Part shown: positions 11,497-24,739 of the stretch, one piece after another
Layout of the letters: each line of letters starts with the position of its first letter
Position numbering within the stretch: position 1 is the first letter of the stretch
The notes under the pieces: model-generated
What the model was told of the DNA's origin: nothing
Seen by the model: the letters and a program-made list of their open reading frames with translations, nothing else
The model's database searches: none
NCBI GenBank assembly: GCA_030390025.1
Contig: CM059432.1
Span: 149,236,001-149,300,000 of the forward strand
Length of the DNA stretch: 64,000 nucleotides
Reading direction: 5' to 3'
Source of the DNA: Squalus acanthias
Taxonomy: Eukaryota
Translations under genes and position numbers: made by a program

Positions 11497-14400
11497 TTTA
11501 TTCGTTCCTGGGATGTCGGCATCGCAGCATTTATTGCCCATCCCTAGTTGCCCTTGAGAAGGTGGTGGTGAGCCATCTTCTTGAACCGCTGCAGTCCGTG
11601 TGGTGAAGATACTCCCACAGTGCTGTTAGGGAGGGAGTTTCAGGATTTTGACCCAGCGACGATGAAGGAACGGCAATATATTTCCAAGTCAGGATGGTGT
11701 GTGACTTGGAGGGGAACTTGCAGGTGGTGGTGTTCCACCAGCGCCTGCTGCCCTTGTCCTTCTAGGTGGTAGAGGTCGCGGGTTTGGGAGGTGCTGTCGA
11801 AGAAGCCTTGGCGAGTTGCTGCAGTGCATCTTGTAGATGGTACACACTGCAGCCATTGTGCGCCGGTGGTGAAGGGAGTGAATGTTTCAGGTGGTGGATG
11901 GGGTGCCAATCAAGTGGGCTGCTTTGTCCTGGATGGTGTTGAGCTTCTTGAGTGTTGTTGGAGCTGCACTCATCCAGGCAAGTGGAGAGTATTCACTCAC
12001 ACTCTTGACTTGTGCCTTGTAGATGGTAGAAAGGCTTTGGGGAGTCAGGAGGTGAGACGCTTGCCGCAGAATACCCAGCCTCTGACCTGCTCTTGTAGCC
12101 ACAGTATTTTTGTGGCTGGTCCAGTTAAGTTTCTGGTCAATGGTGACCCCCCAGGATGTTCATGGTGAGGGATTCGACAATGGTAATGCCGTTGAATGTC
12201 AAGGAGCGTTGGTTAGACTCTCGCTTGTTGGAGATAGTCATGCCTGGCACTTATGTGGCGCAAATGTTCCTTGCCACTTATTAGCCCAAGCCTGAATGTC
12301 ATCCAGGTCTTGCTGCATTCGGGCATGGACTGCTTCATTATCAGAGAAGTTGCGAATGGAACTGAATACTGCAATCATCAGCGAACATCCCCACTTCTGA
12401 CCTTCTGATGGAGGGAAGGTCATTCATGAAGCAGTTGAAGATGGTTGGGCCTAGGACACTGCCCTGAAGAACTCCTGCAGCGATGTCCTGGGGCTGAGAT
12501 GATTGACCTCCAACAACCACAACCATCTTCCTTTGTACTGGGTATGACTCCAGCCAGTGGAGAATTTTCCCCCCGACTTCAATTTTACTAGGGCTCCTTG
12601 ATGCCACACTCGATCAAATGCTGCCTTGATGTCAAGGGCAGTCACTCTCACCTCACCTCTGGAATTCAGCTCTTTTGTCCATGTTTGGACCAAGGCTGTA
12701 TTGAGGTCGGGAGCCGAGTGGTCTTGGCGGAACCCAAACTGAGCATCGGTGAGCAGTTATTGCTGAGTAAGTGCTGCTTGATATCACTGTTGACGACACC
12801 TTCCATCACTTTGCTGATGATTGAGAGTAGACTGATTCGATGGTAATTGGCCGGATTGGATTTGTCCTGTATTTTTTTTTATGGACAGGACATACCTGGG
12901 CAGTTTTCCACATTGTCGGGTAGATGCCAGTGTTGTAGCTGTACTGGAACAGCTTGGCTAGAAGTGCGGCTAGTTCTGGAGCATAAGTCTTCAGCATAAC
13001 AGCGGGATGTTGTCAGGGTCTATAGCCTTTTCTGTATCCAGTGTGCTCAGCCGTTTTTTGATATCATGTGGAGTAAATCGAATTGGCTGAAGACTGGCTT
13101 CTGTGATGGTGAGGATCTCAGGAGGAGGCCGATATGGATCATCCACTCGGCACTTCTGGCTGAAGATGGTTGCAAACGCTTCAGCCTTGTCTTTTGCACT
13201 CATGTGCTGGGCTCCACCATCATTGAGGATGGGGATATTCATGGAGCCTCCTCCTCCCGTTAGTTGTTTAATTGTCCACCACCATTCACGACTGGATGTG
13301 GCAGGACTGCAGAGCATTGATCTGATCTGTTGATTGTGGGATCGCTTAGCCCTGTCTATAGCATGCTGCTTCCGCTTTTTAGCATGCATGTAGTCCTGTG
13401 TTGCAGCTTCCCCAGGTTGGCACCTCATTTTTAGGTACACCTGGTGCTGCTCCTGGCATGCTCTTCTGCACTCCTCATTGAACCAGGGTTGGTCCCCTGG
13501 CTTGATGGTAATGGTAGAGTGAGGGATATGCGGGGCCATGAGGTTACAGATTGTGGCGGAATACAATTCTGCTGCTGCTGATGGCCCACAGCGCCTCATG
13601 GATGCCCAGTTTTGAGCTGCTAGATCTGTTCTGAATCTATCCCATTTAGCACGATGGTAGTGCCACATAACACAGTGTGAAGACAGGATTTCGTCTCCAC
13701 AGGACTGTGCGGTGGTCACTGCTACCAATGCTGTCATGGACTAATGCATCTGCGACAGGTAGATTGGCGAGGACGAGGTCAAGTAGGTTTTCCCCTCGTG
13801 TTGGTTCTCTCACCACCTGCCGCTGACCTAGTCTGGCAGCTATTGTCCTTCAGGACTTGGCCAGCTCGGTCAGTAGGGGTGCTGCCGAGTCACTCTTGGT
13901 GATGGACATTGAAGTCTTCCACCCAGAGTACGTTCTGTGTCCTTGCTATTCTCAGTGCTTCTTCCAAGTGGTGTTCAACATGGAGCAGTACTGATTCATC
14001 AGCTGAGGGAGGGCGGTAGGTGGTAATCAGCAGGAGGTTTCCTTGCCCATGCTTGACCTGAAGCCATGAGACTTCATGGGGTCCGGAGTCAATGTTGAGG
14101 ACTCCCAGGGCCACTCCATCCCGACTGTATACCACTGTGCTGCCACCCCTGGTGGGTCTGCCCTGCCGGTGGAACAGGACATTCCCTGGGATGGTCATGG
14201 AGGAGTCTGGGACAATGGCTGAAAGGTATGATTCTGTGTGAGTATGACTGCCAGGCTGTTGCTTGCTTAGTCTGTGGGACAGTTCTCCCAATTTTGGCAC
14301 AAGTCCCCAGATGTGAGCGAGGAGGACTTTGCAGGGTTGACTGGGCTGGGTGTGCCGTTGTCGTGTCCGAAGCCGGTGCTGAGGTCGATGTCGGGTGGTC

Positions 14401-14498
14401 CGTCTGGTTTTATTCTTGTAGCGGTTGTGTACAACTGAGTGGCTTGCTCGGCCATTTCAGAGGGCAGCTAAGAGTCAACCACATTGCTGTGGGTCTGT
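11497..14498 (-). mobile_element. Near-full-length CR1/L2-group LINE (APE + RT), degenerate
   Basis: ORF fragments: APE (TYRPPS, DFNVHH), RT (ALDIKAAFDRVWH, QGSVLGP, MFADD); in the last LRRFIP2 intron. Confidence 0.88.
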
Positions 14499-15368
14499 CA
14501 TAACTGATGGAGGCTCTCAGAAATTTCTATCTATAATAAAAAAAATTTGCATATGCAAACACTTCTTAACTACAAAGCGTTAATTCTGTTTGTATTTCTG
14601 TCATGTTTTTGTGTCAGCTTTTCACATTATATATTCCTAAGTCCACATTTATGATGGAAACTGCCCATGTAAACTTGTCATGCTGTAATTACACCCTCTT
14701 GCCAGTAGTGGTAGTGTAGTGCCTCAGTTTTGCATCTCTCAGCTCTTCAGCCTGTACTGTGGAGAAACTCCTATGCTCCAATGACTCTACTTCTCTGCTT
14801 TCTACAATGCTATAAGTCTTTCTATTTAACTATAAATAATATCAAAGTATTATAAGGAGAAAATGTATGGCTTTACAATGGGGACTGAATTATATCTGTG
14901 CACACGGTCCAATTATCCCTGCCCTCTAACCTTGCTTTATCTGAACGCTGCATTCCCTATGTGCAAATCACAGGAGATCAAAGTTTTTTTTATTAAAAAA
15001 AGGTTGGCCTAGAAAACATTGCTTTTTCCAGGATATGAATTTGCAGTTTATAAAAAGTGACTCAACCTTCAACGATGTAGTTGGTTATAGTTGTGAATGA
15101 TTTGAGGCAATTGGAACTATGCACCGCCTGTGAGTTGTGATTTGTGACTTTTTAAACTGTGTGTGATTTTGGTGTTTCTGTACGGGTGTGCTTTGGGTTT
15201 CTGTGGATTTGGACCAGGGGTGTACAGTAACCTGGTACTTTCCTTAGCTGGACTTCTAGTTGTAAACATTTAATGTGGAGTTTTAAACTGGAGTTACACT
15301 TTGTTTATTTCGTTGTGTTAGTGTCAGTTTAGTGATGATTACCAAGTTTTTCCTTTCCCTCCTCACAG

Positions 15369-15479
15369 TTACGATCAGCGTTGGATAAGAATGAGGAGAT
15401 GGAAATGACCAATAGCCACTTGGTGAAGCGATTAGAGAAGATGAAAGCCAACCGAAATGCACTACTCTCTCAGCAGTAG
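15369..15479 (+). CDS. LRRFIP2: LRRFIP2 terminal coding exon
   Basis: tcacag|TTACGA...[45 protein letters not shown]; followed by AT-rich, repeat-free 3' UTR-like sequence. Confidence 0.95.
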   Translation, partial: LRSALDKNEEMEMTNSHLVKRLEKMKANRNALLSQQ

Positions 15480-16217
15480 AGATCGAAGAGCCAGTGCACT
15501 GCATCTTAAACTAACAAAACCTCCATGCGTCGCAATTTATAGACATTTTCCATTGGCACAACCACTTTCAAACACTGAAAGATGTCCTTTAATAAGGCTC
15601 TAGTTTTATAAATGTTGGCGTAAAGATTTTGTAATTTATGAGAGAATGATGGCATTGTCTAATGTCTACATGTTTGATAATTGTGAATTGTATTACCTGT
15701 TTAGCTCAGTGGGTTAATGATAGCCTTTGAGATGGGTTGTGTACTTGGTATGAGTGATTTAGCAGGTAAATACAAATAGATTGATTGTTCATGACTTTAA
15801 TACATCAAATTGATTTACATAAACCTTTCTGCTGCTTAGAAATGATAGTGGTTGCTTAAAGACCTTGAAGGACTGCATGAATGGAACTGATACACAGGAT
15901 AACCTTGCAAGTCCCTTTTGAAAATCTGGCTGCTCTCATTTGCCAATAGTTCTGTGCAACCACAATGCAGGAATCCCCACTCGACATTTCAAGTGCCTTT
16001 TACACGGTGCAATGGAGATTATCTTGATCTGGTTGTTTAATCAACAAAATTTATGGACCATTCATTTGGTCTAAAATATTGTAATCGATGTATTTTAAAA
16101 ACAAAATGGGAAAATTTCTGGGACAAGTATCTGCCAAAAACATACTTAATTTTTTCATCATAAATACAGTTTCAAAATTTAGTCTTTTTTTTGTATTATA
16201 TACAACTTATTCTAGTA

Positions 16218-16223
16218 AATAAA
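16218..16223 (+). promoter_or_regulatory. candidate LRRFIP2 polyadenylation signal
   Basis: AATAAA about 740 nt after the stop, followed by T/GT-rich sequence; usage unproven. Confidence 0.4.
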
Positions 16224-16988
16224 CGGATTGTAGATAAGATTGATAAGTTTTGCATTGGTTTGAAACATCCCTGTAGTTTAGTTTTAGAACACAGTATCTG
16301 GGCAGCTCTGCTGATCCTCACTACATGGAGTTAAAAACAAATGGAAAGAATTATTTCCTTTGCTGTATAAAATATTGGACTGCATCTTCAGAATATAACT
16401 TGCATTGCTTGTGTATAAGGGTTTGGTCTTTCTGAGAAAACAGGCTTGTGAATGGGGGTTTTGACATTAAATGAAACTGTGGACACTTTATATAGCGAGA
16501 CCACAGAATTTTATTTTTGTGATTGCTGCATCTCTGTCTTCAAGTAGTAGGAGCACACAGCTACATAGTGTGCAGGGCTGCATCTTAAAACATTTCTTCA
16601 ACATTTGCCCAGCTAACCACTTAACAGTGTTTAGACAGAGGTTTAACGAAAGAAGAAAAAGCTGCTGAGCAACTTTCACTATTAACTGTAAGAGGTCAGT
16701 AGCCAAATCGATAGCTACAGTTGGCCTGATGTAACTTTATAGCTTTTCACAAGTGACCAGTGTTGTAGCTGAGGGCCAGTCCTGTCAGAGATGTCGGGGC
16801 TAATGTCCCAACTGTTGTACTGCCTCATATTGTTCGAGAAAGGCATTAGAAGTGTAAAGTGAATGTAGAATAATAATCATGGGAGATTTCAACCACCTCC
16901 AAATAAACTGGCAAGAGGAGGTAGGGAGAGGGAAAAAGGGAATGGAGTTTTTACAGTGTGTATAGGACTCTTTTCTTACCCAGTACCT

Positions 16989-17718
16989 AAGAACATAATC
17001 AGCAGCAGGAGTAGGCCATATGGCCCTTCAAGCCTGTTCCGCCATTTAATAAGATTATGGCTGATCTTCGACCTCAACTCCACTTTCCCGCCCGATCCCC
17101 ATATCCCTCAAATCTATCTCTGCCTTGAATATACTCAATGACTCAGCATCCACAGCCCTTTGGGGTAGAGAATTCCAAAGATTCATAACCCTCTGAGTGA
17201 AGAAATTCCTCCTCATCTCAGTCTTTAATGGCCAACGCCTTATCCTGAGACTATGCCCCTAGTTAGTCATAGATTTATACAGCACAGAAAGAGGCCCTTC
17301 GGCCCATCGTGTCCGCACCGGCCATCAAGCCCTATCTATTCTAATCCCATTTTCCAGCACTTGGTCCATAGCCTTGTATGCTTTTCAAGTGCTCATCTAA
17401 ATGCTTCTTGAATGTTGAGGGTTCCTGCCTCTACCACCCTTTCAGGCAGAGAGTTCCAGATTCCAACCACCCTCTGGGTGAAAAAGTTTTTCCTCAATTC
17501 CCTCTAAACCTCCTGCTCCTTACCTTGAAACTATGCCCCCTGGTTATTGACCCCTCTACTAAGGGGAAAGTTCCTTTCTACAGTATCTACCCTATCTATG
17601 CCCCTCATAATTTTGTACACCTCAATCAGGTCCCCTAGTTCTAGACTCTCCAGCCAGGGTAAACAACCTCTCAGCATCTAACCTGTCAATGCCCCTCAGA
17701 ATCTTATATGTTTCAATT
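16989..17718 (-). mobile_element. CR1 3' fragment containing a second CR1 3' fragment (17265-17631)
   Basis: Two different CR1 tails; inner element flanked by cccctagtt at 17256-17264 and 17632-17640. Confidence 0.8.
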
Positions 17719-18454
17719 TTAGTAAGGAGCCCAACAAGAGAGGAATCACTACTGGATCTTGTAATGGGAAAGGAACCAGAGGAGATAAGAGCAGTACGTG
17801 TAGTGGAACATCTACGCAATAGCGATCATAATGCAGTCAAGTTTAAAATGATGACTGAGAAAGACATAAGTAAGACAAAGTCCAAAGTAATCGATTGGTG
17901 GAAAAAAATAATTTTGAGCAGATGTGAATGGAACTATTGAAGGTAAACTGGAAAAGCAATGGACGAGATAGAACAGCAGTGGGGAATATTTAAAACGGTG
18001 ACCAATAGAGTTCAGGAGAAATATATTTTGCTAAAAATATAAGAACACACTAGTCCATAATGAAACACCATGGATGAATCAAGAGATGAGGGTAAAATTG
18101 AAACTCAAAAAATGGCATAGACTAAGTACATGGACAATAAAGGGAATACAAAGAGGTTAGGAAAGCATACAGGAACTATGAGATTAAATTTTTGAGGAAT
18201 ATAAAAAGAAATAATTCTACAGACACATCAGTAACAAGAAAAATCAGGATAGTGATAGGACCAATAAGATGCACAAGATAAACTCACAGGGAATGACAGT
18301 GAAATGGCAGAAATATTGAGTAGTTACTTTGCCTCAGTATTTACTAGAGAAACTAACAAGGTTGGCATGACATTAGGAGAGATCAAAAAAGATATAAAGA
18401 CATTTAAGATAGAAAGTGGGGACATACTTGATAAAACTCCTGGTCAGGATTGAT

Positions 18455-19085
18455 TTATAAATAGAGGAATAGAATATAAAAGAAAAGGGATCATGCTCGA
18501 ACATTAATCAGTGGTTAGGCCTCAGCTGGGGTATTGTGGACAAGTCTGGGCACCACACTTCAGGAAAGATGTAAAGGCATTAGAAAGGGTACAGAGGAGG
18601 TTTACAAGGATTTTTCCAGGAATAAGGGATTTCAGTTATGAGGAGAGGTTGGAATAGTTAGGATTGTTCGCCTTGGAACAGAGAAGGTTAAGAGTTGATC
18701 CAATAGAGGTTTTCAAGATGAGGGGTTTTGATGAGAGTAAATGGGGTGGGGGGTGGGGTGGGGGGGGGTGGAATTATTCCCTCTGGCGAGTGGGTCAATA
18801 ACCAGAGGTCATAGATTCAAAATCATTGGAAAAAGATCTAGAGGGGAGATGAGAAATTTTTTCACTCAGTTGTGGGGATCTGGAACGCTCGACCTGAAAA
18901 GGTGGTGGAAGCTGATTCCATAACTAATTTTAAAAGGGAGTTGGACAGGTACTCGACAATGAGGAACTGACAGGGTTACGGACAAAAAGCGGGGATGCGG
19001 GACTAAGCACGACTATTCTTTCAAAGAGCCGGCACAGGCACGATGGGCCGAATGGTCTCCTTCTGTGCTGGAAGTTTCTGTTCTA
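18455..19085 (+). mobile_element. CR1 3' fragment, nested
   Basis: RT C-terminal remnants; tail agagccggcacaggcacgatgggccgaatgg. Confidence 0.75.
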
Positions 19086-19699
19086 TGAATAGTACCAGAG
19101 GGCTGGCAGACAGCTAATGTGATTCCTATATTTAAAAAGGGAGATTGAACAAGTTCCAGGAACTATAGACCAATTAGCTTAATGTCAGTGGTAGGAAAGA
19201 TAATGGAATCTTTACTCAGATGTAATAGAAAAATATCGAGAAATCGAAAGTATAAGACTAGTCGGCACGGATTTCAAAAGGGAAGGTAATGCTTGACCAA
19301 CCTTATTGAATTCTTTGAAGAAGTAACAAAGAATAGACACGGGTAATGTAGTAGATGTAATATATTTGAATTTTCAAAAGGTCTTTGATAAGGTACCACA
19401 TAGTTGACTCATGATGAAGGCCAGAGCATGTGGAGTCGGATGACAGGTAGCAGAATGTATAGTAAGCTGGTTACAAAACAGAAAAGAGAGTTGGGGTTAA
19501 GGGTAGCTACTCAGACTGACAAAAAGTGGGAAGTGGTGTTCCACAGGCATCGGTGCTGGGATCACTGTTGTTCACAATTTACATGAATGATTTGGACGCT
19601 GGAATCGTAAGTACAATTTCAAAATTTGAGGATGACACCAAATTGGAAGGTGTAGATAATACGAAGGAAGAGTGTGACAAAATACAGGAAGACATATTT

Positions 19700-20235
19700 G
19701 CCCAGAATTTGCAGTCTTGTTGACGGTGAACTGGCAGCGCTCGCCATCATTTTGCCTTTGAAACCGACTGCACCTCCAGGATTTAGCGCATAAGCAGCCG
19801 ATGGCGGAAATGCTGAAGTTGCGGTCTGTCATTCACGGCTCCGCCACAGACTGTGCTGTGGACCCCCCACCCAACAGAGCTGGCAATCGGTGAAATCTCT
19901 CAAATCATGGAAACTTACGAAAACTTCGGCTCTTCCGCAGTAATTACGTTGTTAAATACCCCGTTAAAATTTGGACCCAAAGGGATAAGGTGTAGCTGGG
20001 GTTTTAACAGCGTATTGATTAAAGCGTATAAATATAGGCTATGGGCCTGAAAAACTAATTTTAATTTAGGGCCGTGTCAAATTTATCCATTCTAATAAAA
20101 ATTTACATTTTTTAGAAACTTTAAAAAAAATTAAGTTTGTTTATCTTTATTTCAAGTTTGCCTTTTCCCCATGTGTGAGCCCCAATCTTTGTTTTGCTCT
20201 AACATTTTTAAAAAGTTAGAATTTTAAGAGCTTAC
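19700..20235. mobile_element. Unclassified insertion in CR1, possibly a truncated non-autonomous DNA transposon
   Basis: Interrupts CR1 RT; begins gcccagaatttgc, resembling the GGGC-AGAATT ends of the 55333 element; CpG-rich then AT-rich. Confidence 0.4.
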
Positions 20236-21739
20236 CCACTTGTGAGGTGGTACATTTTGGTAGGAAGAATAAGGCGGCCACATACTGCTTGGATAATAAG
20301 AGTCTGAATGGGGTAGAGGAGCGAAGGGATCTCGGGGTACAGATACACAAATCACTAAAAGCAGCGGACGCAGGTTAATAAGGCCATTTAAAAAAAAAAG
20401 GCAGACGAAGCACTGATTCATTTCTAGAGGGATAGAACTGACGAGAAGGGGCATTCTGTTAAACTTGTATCGAACCTTGGTTAGACCACAGTTGGGAGTA
20501 TTGTGCACAGTTCTGGTCTCCCTGTTCTAAAAAGAATATAGAGGCATTGGAGAAGGTGCAAAAAAGTTTCACAAGTATGATACCAGAACTGAGAGGATAT
20601 ACTTATCAGGAAAGGCTGAACAGGCTGGGGCTCTTTTCATGAGAAGAGAAGGTAGACGGGTGACCTGATAGACATCTTTAAGATAAGAGGGCTTGATCGG
20701 GTAGACGTAGAGAAAATGTTTCCACTTGTGAGGGAGTCTCAAACTAAAGGTCATAAATATAAGATAGTCACTAATAAATCCAATAGGGAATTCAGGAGAA
20801 ACTTCTTTATCCAAAGAACGATAGGAATGTCGAACGTGCTACCAGAAGGAATTGTTGAGGCAAATCATATAGATGCATTTAAGGGGAAGCTGGATAAGCA
20901 CGAGGGCGAAAGGAATAGAAGGATATGCTGATGGGGTTAAATGAAGTAGGGTCGGTGGAGGCTCGTGTGGAGCATAAACACCAGCATAGACCAGGTTGGG
21001 CCGAATGGCCTGTTTCTGTGCTGTACACTCGATTTATATAATTTCACAGCAGGAGCTGTGAAACTCAATATTTGGCGTTTCGTAGCTTCCTTTTGATATT
21101 CTATTCACCACCATGTGCTCAGGCATTGTAACACGTGCACCTGTGGTGGTCTCTGGTATTTGGAGAAAGCCAATGTTTGATCAATATTATTGTGCCCATA
21201 CAGCTTATCCCTTTACCAGGAAGTTGGCCTCATTGATGAGGATTGTGATACTGGTTCCTGGGATATTATGTTGGATATCCTGGGTAGGCATTCCTCCTGC
21301 CAGCACAGTTGCTAGTGTTACTTTCCTGCAAGTCTACATTTGATCTCTTTTACTGCCTTTGCTATTAGCGTTAATGTAACATGAACAAATAACTATAATG
21401 GGTGTTGTCTAGCTGGGAATGACAAACATTGAAGCTGAACAATGCAGTATTCTGTTCAGGTTGCTAAAGTACTGAGATTGTGGAGCTGCAAATTTGTATC
21501 ACTTGTCATTGATTAATGGATTATTCTACTGATTCACTGGAAACTAATTTTACTCATGTTACCATGTGCTTGTTTGAAATTACTTTATAAAAGGATGGCA
21601 TCAACCTCTTGGGACAGATTCCAGCGGTTCTAACAATTGCAAATACTGATCGAGGTATCGTTTCTGTACATCTTTGCCAACTAGAGCACAGCTTTTCACT
21701 TGAGGGCGTTAAAAGTCAACCACGTGTTTAAAATGTTAC

Positions 21740-22058
21740 GATTTCCTCTGGTGGGAGAATCAAGAACATGGGGACATGATCTTAAAATTAGAGCTAGGCC
21801 ATTCAGGAGCAAAATCAGGAACTTTTACACACAGGGTGGTTGAAAAAAAATGTGGAATTCTCTTTCCCCCCCCCGCCACCCAAAGGAGGTTGTGGATGTG
21901 GGGACAATTGGAGCTTTCAAGACTGAGATAGATTTTTATTCAGTAAGGGTATCAAGGGAGAGGGAGTAAAGGTGGGCTAATGGAGTTGAGATGCAGATCA
22001 GCCATGATCTGACTAAATGGCGAGGGGCTAAATGGCCGACTCCTGTTCCTAATGTTCC
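21740..22058 (+). mobile_element. CR1 3' fragment
   Basis: FPLVGESRT-type coding remnant; gatcagccatgatct...ctcctgttcct tail. Confidence 0.75.
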
Positions 22059-22071
22059 ATAGAGAGTGGGA

Positions 22072-22260
22072 CAGGAGTCACATGTAGGCATAGCAGGTGC
22101 ATGGTCATCAGTGAACCAGTTGGCATTTTACAAGAACCCATCAACTTTGATGGTAATTTTTTTTTTATGGTGCCACTCCACATATGTCAGATTTATTGCC
22201 ATGGTGGGATTTTAACTCGTGACCTCTGCGTTACTAGTCCACTATCAAACCACAGTACCC
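22072..22260 (-). mobile_element. Degenerate tRNA-derived SINE-like element sharing the head of the 29262 LINE
   Basis: Reverse strand ggactagtaacgcagaggtcacgagttaaaatcccacc (B-box-like), ctggttcactgatg, cctacatgtgactcc. Confidence 0.55.
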
Positions 22261-22454
22261 AAATATATTTAAACTTCATACAAAATTCCAGGTGATCCCC
22301 ACTGCCTGTGAGAAACTTCCACAGCGAGGAGAAATGGTACCTGCAGTTTCAGCACTGATAGCAGTTGTTTTGAATGAAGGGCAAGTTGTAGGTGGAGCAC
22401 TTCTCATTCTTTGTTGCCATGATGCGGAAATGCTGGTGTTGGACTGGGGTGGAC

Positions 22455-22560
22455 AAAAATGAGAAGTCGCACAACACCAGGTTATAGTCCAACAGTTTTA
22501 TTTGAAATCACGAGCTTTCGGAGCGCTGCTCCTTCGTCAGGTAAAGTGAAGGAATACCAA
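22455..22560 (-). mobile_element. Penelope-like element terminal fragment
   Basis: Reverse strand ctgacgaaggagcagcgctccgaaagctcg...aataaaactgttggactataacctggtgttgtg. Confidence 0.7.
22508..22544 (-). ncRNA. Minimal type I hammerhead ribozyme motif (Penelope-type)
   Basis: uuac CUGACGA a GGAGC agc GCUCC GAAA gc UC guga: intact core, stem II, palindromic AGCU at stem III. Confidence 0.65.
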
Positions 22561-22774
22561 TCAGCAAAGCATATATAGACAGAGAACAATGTGTAGCGTA
22601 CAATGTCAGACGACTTTCTGACTGCCCTCCATCACACCGCGGCAGAGATACCTTTTGTTCTTTGTTGAACATGGGGAGTCTGACAATGCTGGCAACTTGT
22701 TATTGATTTGATTGTCAGGTGGAGTGCAAAGCTAAGGAAAGTACATGCCTTCTGCAGGGCTGTTGTGTACTGAA

Positions 22775-23055
22775 AAATACTTGTCTTTCTATAGCACCTT
22801 TCATGACCTCAGGATGTCCCAAAGTGCTTCACACCCATCACTGTTGTAATGTAGGAAATGTGGCACCTAATTTGCACACAGCAAGCTCCCACAAAAGCAA
22901 TGTGATAATGACCAGATAATCTGTTTAGTGATTTTGTTGGCTAAGTATTTGCCAGGAGACCGGGGTAACTCCCCTGCTCTTCTAAGTACCGTGGCATCTT
23001 TTCCATCCACCTGAGAGCGCAGATGGGGCCCTCGGTTTAACGTCTCATCTGAAAG
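22775..23055 (-). mobile_element. DeuSINE, 5'-truncated
   Basis: Reverse complement of the body and tail seen at 62186-62650. Confidence 0.8.
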
Positions 23056-23358
23056 AAGAGAACGGTACCAAATTTACTGTGCAAATTTTGACCTCTGATC
23101 ATTGTCACTGTACAATATCCTTCCTGTTGCATACCTGAAAGGTCAATGACCTGTCTTTTCTCTTGTCAGTACAGTGCTGACATAATGGGCCCAGGCAAGG
23201 AACACTTTGCATAAGCAGACTTAAGATTTATGAGCCATGTTGTATAGCATGTACAGTACACCATAATACAATGAATGAAGTATTATCCCACAACCACACT
23301 CGCCAACAAAACAATGTTCTTTGGCAATGGAGTCAAGCTCCAAGTGAATTAAAAACTG

Positions 23359-23605
23359 TGTGAAATGGTTAGTGCAGGCCTCTGATGTGAAATGGTTAGT
23401 GCAGGCCTCTGATGTGAAATGGTTAGTGCAGGCCTCTGATGTGAAATGGTTAGTGCAGGCCTCTGATGTGAAATGGTTAGTGCAGGCCTATGATGTGAAA
23501 TGGTTAGTGCAGGCCTCTGATGTGAAATGGTTAGTGCAGGCCTCTGATGTGAAATGGTTAGTGCAGGCCTATGATGTGAAATGGTTAGTGCAGGCCTCTG
23601 ATGTG
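23359..23605. repeat. 27-bp minisatellite, 9 copies
   Basis: (tgtgaaatggttagtgcaggcctctga)9; variant cctatga in copies 5 and 8. Confidence 0.97.
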
Positions 23606-24406
23606 CAATTCATCCCTCACCTCTGGTCCAAGTTTTAAGAAAAAAGTGTTTTAAGAGCAAATCTGCGTTCCACAAGCAAAAGGCCTTTGGCTGAAACTTG
23701 CTGCCTGGAGGTTGCTGCATTGGGAATGTGTGCAGGGAGGACAGCATGCCTGAACTGTGGCCCAATTTTCCACCCATTGATTTAAACACAAGTACAAACT
23801 GCTAAAATGATCCCGATAGCACTTTTGAATTCCTGGTGTTTTGGCACAGAAGTAACTCCCCCACACTACATGCCTGGTTGGAGAAGGCTCAGACTCAAAG
23901 GAAAATAATTGTATAAAACTAGGTGATTACAGCAGAACTTTAAATGATGTAAAATGGTGCAATTGTCGTCGGTCTGGGAGTAAATCTATGCCGCTGAGCT
24001 AAAGTTCTGAAGAAATATAGTCTCGTTCAAATTAACCAACTTTATGTGCAACAGGGAGATGATTAGGATCTTCACAATACAAAGAGAACACATTCTCTGT
24101 ACAAATGATTTAAAGGAAGATTTGCAAGGTGCTGCTGCCAATGTGGAGCTTTAGTAGATGCGAGTCCTATCTCGGCTTGGCTCGTGTCGGAGTCAGGTTC
24201 CACCCCCGCAGCACAGCCTCGCCGCTGCTGCCCTTTCAGGCCACACAGCGTTTTAAACGTTTAACAATCAGTTCCCCGTGTCTCTTCCTTAAAATAAGAA
24301 ACGATGTAATATTTTTTTGACATGAGGAATTATTGCTTGTAGAACTGAGCTAACTAAATGTTGTCTGCGCAACACAGGCAGTTCGTAGTCCCGTTTCAAG
24401 AATCAA

Positions 24407-24571
24407 TTAACATCTCTCAAAGACTTTGTACAGATCAGGTAGGTTGGCAAGCTGCAGGATGGATCCATCCTCTGCAAAGTGCTTTGGAGGAAGGAGCAAA
24501 GTCCTGAAAGCTTTAGAAATCACATGTTCTACAGTCCACTTCCACGACTTGTCACTGCCAAGCTCCTCACT
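24407..24571 (-). CDS. MLH1: MLH1 terminal coding exon (human exon 19 equivalent)
   Basis: ccccag|AGTGAG...[60 protein letters not shown]; ends in the invariant MLH1 FERC. Confidence 0.97.
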   Translation of the reverse strand, partial: SEELGSDKSWKWTVEHVISKAFRTLLLPPKHFAEDGSILQLANLPDLYKVFERC

Positions 24572-24739
24572 CTGGGGGGAAAAAAAGAGAGACAGTTTCA
24601 CTAAAAGTAATCGTCAGCTTTAATGAATTAAAATTAATACATCTCTCAACTTTAGAAACCTTTTACTGGATTGCTCGCCCTCCTTTCCAAAAAAACTGAC
24701 TTCTTGGGCTCCAGTCACCACCTGGTCCCTCACCCAAGT

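Larger units (their letters stand above)
16855..21035 (+). mobile_element. Degenerate CR1 ORF2 carrying several nested insertions
   Basis: APE/RT pieces (IIMGDFN, SDHN, GVPQASVLG, KFEDDTKL), interrupted at about 16989-17718, 18455-19085 and 19700-20235; ends in the gttgggccgaatggcctgtttctgtgc tail. Confidence 0.8.

Noticed and set aside
23359..23638. CRISPR-like 27-bp repeats / VKWLVQASD repeat protein
   Set aside because: Head-to-tail repeats with no spacers, no cas genes, eukaryotic context
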